Below are positions 58,168 to 64,000 of a DNA stretch of 64,000 nucleotides, one piece after another. The stretch is from Rhodothermales bacterium. GTDB taxonomy: Bacteria > Bacteroidota > Rhodothermia > Rhodothermales > JANQRZ01. Position 1 is the stretch's first letter. Each line of letters begins with the position of its first letter. The stretch is taken from contig OZ244038.1 in assembly GCA_965215145.1 (NCBI GenBank), positions 1,546,966 to 1,610,965 on the forward strand, given 5' to 3'. The position numbers were made by a program, and so were the translations under genes. The notes below the pieces were generated by a model. It had not been told where the DNA came from. It did no database searches and saw only the letters and a program-made list of their open reading frames with translations.

Positions 58168-59418
58168 TCAAGTCACCGGCCCGGCTTCGACTGGCGCCTC
58201 GGCCTCCAGGTACGCCCCCGTCCGTACGCCCTCGGCGATGGCGTCGAAGGCGCGGTCCACGTCGGCGGCCGTGTTCCACACGAAGGGGGCGAGCCGGAGG
58301 TAGCGCCCCTTCCGGCTGTCGGTGAACACGCCGCGCTCCTTCAGCCACGCGCAGAGGAGGTCGGCGCGCTCGGCTTCGAGGATCACCATCGCCCCGCGGC
58401 GCTCGGCCGCGCGGGGGGAGCGGAGGGCGAGCCCGGCAGCTTCGGCGCTCGCGATGGCCCGCTCGGTGAGCGCGAGCGAGTGCTCCCGCACGGCGCCGAG
58501 CCCGGCGTCGAGGAGGAGGCGGACGCCCTCGACGGCGTGGTAGAGCGAGGCCACCGCCGTCGTCCCCCCGAGGAATCGGCGGCGGACCTCCGGGTGCGCC
58601 CGCGGCCCAGGGTTGAACCCGAAGGGGTCGGCGTCGGCGAACCACCCGGCGAGGCGGGGCGTCAGCGCGAGGCCCTCGCGGAGGTAGAGGTACGCGTTCC
58701 CGCTCGACCCGCTGCCCTCCTTCAGCAGCCCCCCGAAGTACCCATCGCATCCCAGCCCCTCGACCTCGATGGGCATCGTGGTGCCGGCGTGGTAGCCGTC
58801 GACGAAGAACAGCGCGCCGTGGCGGTGCGCCCGGTCGGCGACCTCGCGGAGAAGGGCGTCGTCCAGCCGCTCCCCCGTCGTGAAGCCGATGTGGCTGAGG
58901 ACGACCATCGCCGTCCGGTCGGTGATGGCGGCGAGGACGGCGGCGCGGTCCACGAACCCGCCGGGGCCGGGGGGAACGATGCGCGGCGTGATCGGGCGGA
59001 GGTGCGCCCACTGCTGGGCCGCGTGCAGTACCGACGGGAACTCACCCCCGGTTACCACGACCTCGCTGCGCCCGTCGGAGAAGGGCTCGTCGGCGGAGAG
59101 GAGGCACGAGACGGTCCAGTGGACGTGGGGCTGCATGATGCATGTCCCCGCCGGCGCGCCCAGCAGCGGCGCGATGAACGCGTCGCCCAAATACGTCGGC
59201 AGCGTCCACCACCCGACGGCGTCGCCGGAGCCGGGGCGCCAGCGGTTCGGGACCCCGTTCCACGCGTCCACCCCGCGCTCGCGCCAGTCCTCGACGAACC
59301 CCCCCATCATGTCCGGCACCGTCTTCGGCATCAGCCCGTGCGTGAACGCGCGGAGCTCGACGGCGGCCTGGCCGCCTGGGCCGTCGGGGAGGAAATAGTG
59401 GTCGCGGAGGTCGAGCAT
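58168..59418 (-). CDS. Class V PLP-dependent enzyme, kynureninase-like
   Basis: EFPS, DGYH, PLP lysine in GGLLKEG, LAGWF, and LRLAP. Confidence 0.75.
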   Translation of the reverse strand: MLDLRDHYFLPDGPGGQAAVELRAFTHGLMPKTVPDMMGGFVEDWRERGVDAWNGVPNRWRPGSGDAVGWWTLPTYLGDAFIAPLLGAPAGTCIMQPHVHWTVSCLLSADEPFSDGRSEVVVTGGEFPSVLHAAQQWAHLRPITPRIVPPGPGGFVDRAAVLAAITDRTAMVVLSHIGFTTGERLDDALLREVADRAHRHGALFFVDGYHAGTTMPIEVEGLGCDGYFGGLLKEGSGSSGNAYLYLREGLALTPRLAGWFADADPFGFNPGPRAHPEVRRRFLGGTTAVASLYHAVEGVRLLLDAGLGAVREHSLALTERAIASAEAAGLALRSPRAAERRGAMVILEAERADLLCAWLKERGVFTDSRKGRYLRLAPFVWNTAADVDRAFDAIAEGVRTGAYLEAEAPVEAGPVT

Positions 59419-59517
59419 TGGCGGGAGAGGAGGGGGGCGGGGAATCTAGCGCTCGCACAAACGCCGAGAGGCCCCCACCAGCGGCGGGAGCCTCTCAGAA
59501 ACAGAGCCGGGGAGGCG

Positions 59518-59778
59518 CTACGCGGAGACCGGGTCCACGTGGATGTACTTCCGGTCGCGCTGGCCGCGCGTGAAGCGGACGGTCCCGTCGACCTTCGCGA
59601 AGAGGGTGTCGTCGTTGCCGCGTCCGACGTTGTGGCCGGGGTGGAACTTCGTGCCGCGCTGGCGGACGAGGATCGAGCCGGCGGGGATCGTGGTCCCACC
59701 GTAGACCTTCACGCCGAGCATGCTCGGGTTCGAGTCGCGGCCGTTCTTCGAGGAGCCTACGCCTTTCTTGTGTGCCAT
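59518..59778 (-). CDS. rpmA: 50S ribosomal protein L27
   Basis: [16 protein letters not shown] and [13 protein letters not shown]. Confidence 0.98.
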   Translation of the reverse strand: MAHKKGVGSSKNGRDSNPSMLGVKVYGGTTIPAGSILVRQRGTKFHPGHNVGRGNDDTLFAKVDGTVRFTRGQRDRKYIHVDPVSA

Positions 59779-59816
59779 CTCAGGAGGGGTCGGAGGTTCG
59801 GAGGAATGGGGGGGGG

Positions 59817-60173
59817 TCAGCCCTCGGCGGGCTCGGCCGTCTCGGTGGCGGGCTGCCGGCCGCCGGCCGTGAGCCTGCCGATGGCGAGGCGGGTGTAGGA
59901 CTGCCGGTGGCCGTTCTTGACGCGGTAGCCCTTGCGCCGCTTCTTCTTGAAGACGATCACCTTGTCGGCCTTGACGTGGTCGAGGACCTCGGCCGTGACC
60001 GAGGCGCCCGCGACGGTCGGCGTCCCGACGGCGACGTCGGCGCCGTCGGCGGTGAGGAGGACGCGGTCGAAGGTGAGCGTGTCGCCCACCTCGGCCTGCT
60101 GGCGGGGGGCGTAGAGCGTGGTGTCCGGCTCGACCTTGAACTGCTTGCCGGAGATCTCGACGATGGCGTACAT
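59817..60173 (-). CDS. rplU: 50S ribosomal protein L21
   Basis: [14 protein letters not shown] and [17 protein letters not shown]. Confidence 0.97.
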   Translation of the reverse strand: MYAIVEISGKQFKVEPDTTLYAPRQQAEVGDTLTFDRVLLTADGADVAVGTPTVAGASVTAEVLDHVKADKVIVFKKKRRKGYRVKNGHRQSYTRLAIGRLTAGGRQPATETAEPAEG

Positions 60174-60407
60174 GGGAGGGGGTGCGTGCTTGAGGACCCC
60201 CGGCGCAGCGGCCCGCAACCCGGTCGGGGAACGAGGGAGGCCCGCCGAGGGGCGCGGTTTCGAGCCGGAAAAGATACCGCCCGGCGGCGCCCGGCCCCGC
60301 CTCGCCCCCGCGCCGAACCTGAATTCGCCGAGCCTTGACGGCCCCGAAAAGAGGCCGAGTTGAGCTTTACCGTCCCGTCGCGCCTCTCTTCCCCTCCTTT
60401 CCCCGAC

Positions 60408-61088
60408 GTGCTCCTCACCCTCCCCAACGGCCCGACCCTTCGCCCCGGCAAGATGCTCTGCATCGGGCGCAACTACGCCGAGCACGTCCGCGAGATGGGC
60501 GACGTGGCGGAGCTGCCCGAGGAGCCCGTCGTGTTCCTCAAGCCCGCCACGGCGCTGACGCCCACCGGCGGCACCGTCTGGATCCCCAGGCAGTCCGGGG
60601 ACGTGCACCACGAGCTCGAGCTGGTGCTGGTGATCGGGCGCGGGGGGAAGGAGATCCGGGAGGAGCGGGCGATGCGGCACGTCGGGGCCTTCGCGCTCGG
60701 GCTCGACATGACGGCACGGGACCTCCAGCGCCGGGCGAAGGACGCCGGCCGGCCGTGGGCCGTGGCGAAGGGGTTCGACACGTTCGCCCCGCTCGGCCCG
60801 CTCACCCCGGCCGACGAGGTGGTGGACCCGCAGGCGCTCGACCTCCGCCTCACCGTCAACGGCGAGGAGCGGCAGGCCGGCTCGACGCGGGACATGATCT
60901 TCCCGCTGCCGCGCCTCGTGAGCTACCTCTCGGGGGTCTTCACCTTGGAGCCCGGCGACCTCATCTACACCGGCACGCCGGAGGGCGTCGGCCCCGTCGA
61001 GGCCGGCGACGTGCTGGAGGCGACGGCGAGCGGTGCGGATGGCACGGCGCTGAAGCCGCTCCGGGTGACGGTGGACGCGGCCGGCTGA
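60408..61088 (+). CDS. Fumarylacetoacetate hydrolase family protein
   Basis: CIGRNYAEH, HHELEL, DMTARDLQ, KGFDTF and TGTPEGVG. Confidence 0.93.
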   Translation: MLLTLPNGPTLRPGKMLCIGRNYAEHVREMGDVAELPEEPVVFLKPATALTPTGGTVWIPRQSGDVHHELELVLVIGRGGKEIREERAMRHVGAFALGLDMTARDLQRRAKDAGRPWAVAKGFDTFAPLGPLTPADEVVDPQALDLRLTVNGEERQAGSTRDMIFPLPRLVSYLSGVFTLEPGDLIYTGTPEGVGPVEAGDVLEATASGADGTALKPLRVTVDAAG

Positions 61089-61246
61089 GGAGGCCGCCGC
61101 GCCGGCCAGCGGGGCGGCTGTGAGCCACGCGCAGTGGAAGCACCGTTCGGCGCGCGTGTTACGCCGGGGGGAGCGGGCACGGCTTGGTGCGGGACGTAAC
61201 CCGGCCCGCCCTGCGGCGTAGCGTCTCGCTACTCTCCCTGCCGCCC

Positions 61247-63670
61247 ATGCCGCTCCGCCCCGCCGCCCTCCTCCTCGTCAGCCTCCTGACCGCGCCGGTG
61301 GTCCACGCGCAGGTCGTCGTCACCGGGCGCGTCACCGACGCCGAGACGGGGGAGACGCTACCCGCCGCCACCGTGCAGGTCGAGGGCGCCATGACGGGGA
61401 CGATCACCAACGGCGAGGGCCGCTACGAAATCCGCGTCGCTGCGCCGCCGGCGGTGCTCGTCGTCCGCTACATCGGGTACGACACGGGCCGCGCCGAGGT
61501 CGGCGCCGAGCGCGCGGAGCAGCGGGCCGACGTGGCGCTCCGGCCCGCCATCGTCGTGGGGGGGGAGGTCGTGGTCACGGGGGAGAACCCGGCCGAGGCC
61601 ATCATGCGCCGGGTGATCGAGGCGAAGGCGCGCTGGCAGGCGGGGCTCGAGACGTGGCGCGCCGAGGCCTACGTCCGCCAGACGTTCGGCGCCGACACCA
61701 CCATCGCGGGGATCGCCGAGGGCGTGACGACGGCGTACTGGCGGCGCGGCGAGGGGCTCCGCGAGGTCGTCCGCGGCGTCCGCAGCACCGAGAACCTCCC
61801 CGACCTCGGCGCCGACTTCGTCCAGGCCGCCGGCTCCGTCATCAACCTCTACGACGACGAGGTCGACCTCTTCGGCTTCGACGTGCCGGGGCCGACGGCT
61901 CCGGGGGCGCTCGGGTTCTACCACTTCGACCTCGAGGACACCCGCTACCGCGACGACGCCGTCGTCTACGACATCGCGATGCGGCCGAGGAACGGGCTCC
62001 AGCCGGGGTTCGTCGGGCGCGTCTCCGTGCTCTCCGGCCAGTGGGCGCTGATCGACGCCGCGCTCCGGCCCAACGACGTCGTCCGCATGCCCGGGCTCAC
62101 CCGCCTCGACGCCGAGATCCGGCAGCAGTTCTCGAGCTTCGGGCAGGAGGTCGCCGGGGAGGCCGTCTGGCTCCCCGTGGACTACCGGTTCGAGGGCGCC
62201 GCGAAGGTGGACCTCCCGGGGCTCCACTTCCCGCTGGCCCGCATCCGCAGCACCGTCCGCCTCTCCGACTACGCCGTCAACGTCCCCGTCCCGGACTCGC
62301 TGTTCGAGGGCCGGCGGAGCGTCGTCGACTCCGCCGCCGTCGCCGCCGACACGGCGCTCGACCGCCGCGGCCTCGTCGTCCCGCTGGAGCCCCGCGAGGC
62401 CGCGGCCTACGCCGCCCTCGACAGCACCGACTCCGTCGCCGAGGCGTTCCAGCCCACGGGCTTCTTCGCGCGCTTCATCGACATGAGCGCCGAGGGCAAC
62501 GACGAGGGCGGGGGGACGATCACCGTCGGCGCCGGGGCCGGCGGGCAGGGCGAGGGAATCGGGTTCGACCTCGACCCACGCCTCCGCTTCAACCGCGTCG
62601 AAGCGCTGCACGCCGGGCTGGCCGTGACGCTCGGCCGCCGCCCGGCGCTGCGGCTCGACGGCGGCTACGCGACGGGCCTCCGCGAGCCGACCTTCGGCGC
62701 CTCGGTGTCGCACGGACGGCGCCTCTCGGAGGAGGCGCTCCTCTTCGGCTCCGTCGGCTACCGGCGCCAGCACGCGCGGACGGCCGGGCCGAGCCTCCAC
62801 ACCCGCATCTTCGGGATGCCCGTGCTCAGCAGCGTCGCCACGCTGGCCGGGGAGCCGGACTACTTCGACTACTACCGCCGCGAGGGCGGCTTCGCGCAGG
62901 TCGGCGTCCTCCTCCGGGAGCCCGTCCAGGTGCGCGTTGCCCTCTCGGCTCGGGTGGAGGAGCACCGTGGGCTCCGCCGGACGACGAGCTACGACGTGTT
63001 CGGCCGCGACGCCTTCCAGCGTCCGAACCCGGCGGTGGCCGAGGGCGACCTCCGCGCCGTCGCCCTCGACCTCCGCCTCGGCAGCGACCCCGACGGGTTC
63101 GGGACGGAGCTGGCCGGGCGGCGCGGCCTCGCCGTCCGCCTGGAGGGCGCCAGCCCCGACGCGCTCGGCGGCGATTTCGAGTACCTCCGCGCCGACGCCG
63201 CCCTCGTCTACCGCCTCCCGACGGGCCTCCGGCGGCGGCTCTTCCCGATGACGCTCGACCTCCGCCTCGCGGCCGGCACGGCGGCCGGCACGCTCCCCCC
63301 GCAGCGGGCCTTCGCCGTGGACGGGACGCTGCTGGCCCTCGCCCCGTTCGGGGTGATGCACAGCCTCGAAGGCCGCCGCGCCGTCGGGGACCGGTTCGTG
63401 CTCGGCGCCTGGGCGCACGACTTCCGCACGGTCCCCTTCGAGGTCCTCGGCCTCGACGCGCTCGTCACGAAGGGCGTCGGCTTCCACGTCCACGGCGCCC
63501 ACGCCAGGACGTGGGACCCCCCGCTCGGCACGCTCGGCACCGGCGGGTGGCGGCACGAGCTCGGCGTCGGGATCAGCGGCGGACTCCTCCTCCCGCTCCG
63601 CCTCGACGTGACGGCCCGACTCGACGCCCCCGGCGTGTTCGTCTCGCTCGGCCTGCCGCGGCTGTTCTGA
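61247..63670 (+). CDS. Outer membrane protein with carboxypeptidase-regulatory-like N-domain (DUF5686-like)
   Basis: GRVTDAETGETLP, YIGY, NPAEAIMRRVI, FNRVEA and terminal Phe. Confidence 0.78.
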   Translation: MPLRPAALLLVSLLTAPVVHAQVVVTGRVTDAETGETLPAATVQVEGAMTGTITNGEGRYEIRVAAPPAVLVVRYIGYDTGRAEVGAERAEQRADVALRPAIVVGGEVVVTGENPAEAIMRRVIEAKARWQAGLETWRAEAYVRQTFGADTTIAGIAEGVTTAYWRRGEGLREVVRGVRSTENLPDLGADFVQAAGSVINLYDDEVDLFGFDVPGPTAPGALGFYHFDLEDTRYRDDAVVYDIAMRPRNGLQPGFVGRVSVLSGQWALIDAALRPNDVVRMPGLTRLDAEIRQQFSSFGQEVAGEAVWLPVDYRFEGAAKVDLPGLHFPLARIRSTVRLSDYAVNVPVPDSLFEGRRSVVDSAAVAADTALDRRGLVVPLEPREAAAYAALDSTDSVAEAFQPTGFFARFIDMSAEGNDEGGGTITVGAGAGGQGEGIGFDLDPRLRFNRVEALHAGLAVTLGRRPALRLDGGYATGLREPTFGASVSHGRRLSEEALLFGSVGYRRQHARTAGPSLHTRIFGMPVLSSVATLAGEPDYFDYYRREGGFAQVGVLLREPVQVRVALSARVEEHRGLRRTTSYDVFGRDAFQRPNPAVAEGDLRAVALDLRLGSDPDGFGTELAGRRGLAVRLEGASPDALGGDFEYLRADAALVYRLPTGLRRRLFPMTLDLRLAAGTAAGTLPPQRAFAVDGTLLALAPFGVMHSLEGRRAVGDRFVLGAWAHDFRTVPFEVLGLDALVTKGVGFHVHGAHARTWDPPLGTLGTGGWRHELGVGISGGLLLPLRLDVTARLDAPGVFVSLGLPRLF

Positions 63671-63782
63671 GCACGGCGGGGGGGGGCAGAGCCGCGGCGG
63701 ACCCCATCGGCCCGGCTGCCGTTAGAGGCCGTGGGAGCCTCGGCTCCCTTCCCCTCTTTCCTGCCACTCTCCCCATCCCGCC

Positions 63783-64000
63783 ATGCAGACCCTCCGCACC
63801 GCGCTGTTCGGGCTCCTCGCCCTCGCGCTCTTCCCCGCCTGCTCCCAGACCCGCGACGTCGCTGAGGGCGCGGGGGACGTCGCGGTGGACGTCGGCGAGG
63901 CCGTAGGCGACGCCGCCGTTGCCACGGCCGACTTCGTGACCGACGCCGCCGGCGCGACGTACAACGCCGTCGCCGACCTCTTCGACGGCGACGACGACCT
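63783..64000 (+). CDS. Lipoprotein, truncated by the window end
   Basis: MQTLRTALFGLLALALFPAC lipobox; frame is open to the end of the window. Confidence 0.6.
   Translation, partial: MQTLRTALFGLLALALFPACSQTRDVAEGAGDVAVDVGEAVGDAAVATADFVTDAAGATYNAVADLFDGDDD

Overview
High-GC bacterial chromosomal segment. Its gene content points to the Bacteroidota/Rhodothermota lineage (PorV-like barrel, T9SS-type C-terminal sorting domains, Wzi-like barrels, SurA-PPIase-MoxR operon); the lineage is my inference. The left end is a polysaccharide/sulfate-activation operon (nucleotide-sugar dehydrogenase, cysQ, SLC13 transporter, sat-cysC fusion, GDP-mannose-3,5-epimerase-like). The rest is mostly envelope and housekeeping genes (mltF, dynamin-like, plsC, yfhO, glpK, tdh/kbl, rlmI, wcaJ-like, ECF sigma/anti-sigma, fliA-like, rplU-rpmA). 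Two accessory spots stand out. (i) 35.3-37.5 kb: two toxin-antitoxin modules and an AT-rich lipoprotein, with each TA module bracketed by a duplicated piece of the neighbouring housekeeping gene's 3' end. (ii) 53.0-56.7 kb: a T9SS-type GxSxG lipase-like protein divergent from four translationally coupled, paralogous lipoprotein cassettes, two intact and two broken, which resembles an effector/immunity array. About a dozen GTAG-type REP palindromes are scattered between genes. I recognised no tRNA, rRNA, CRISPR array, integrase or transposase.
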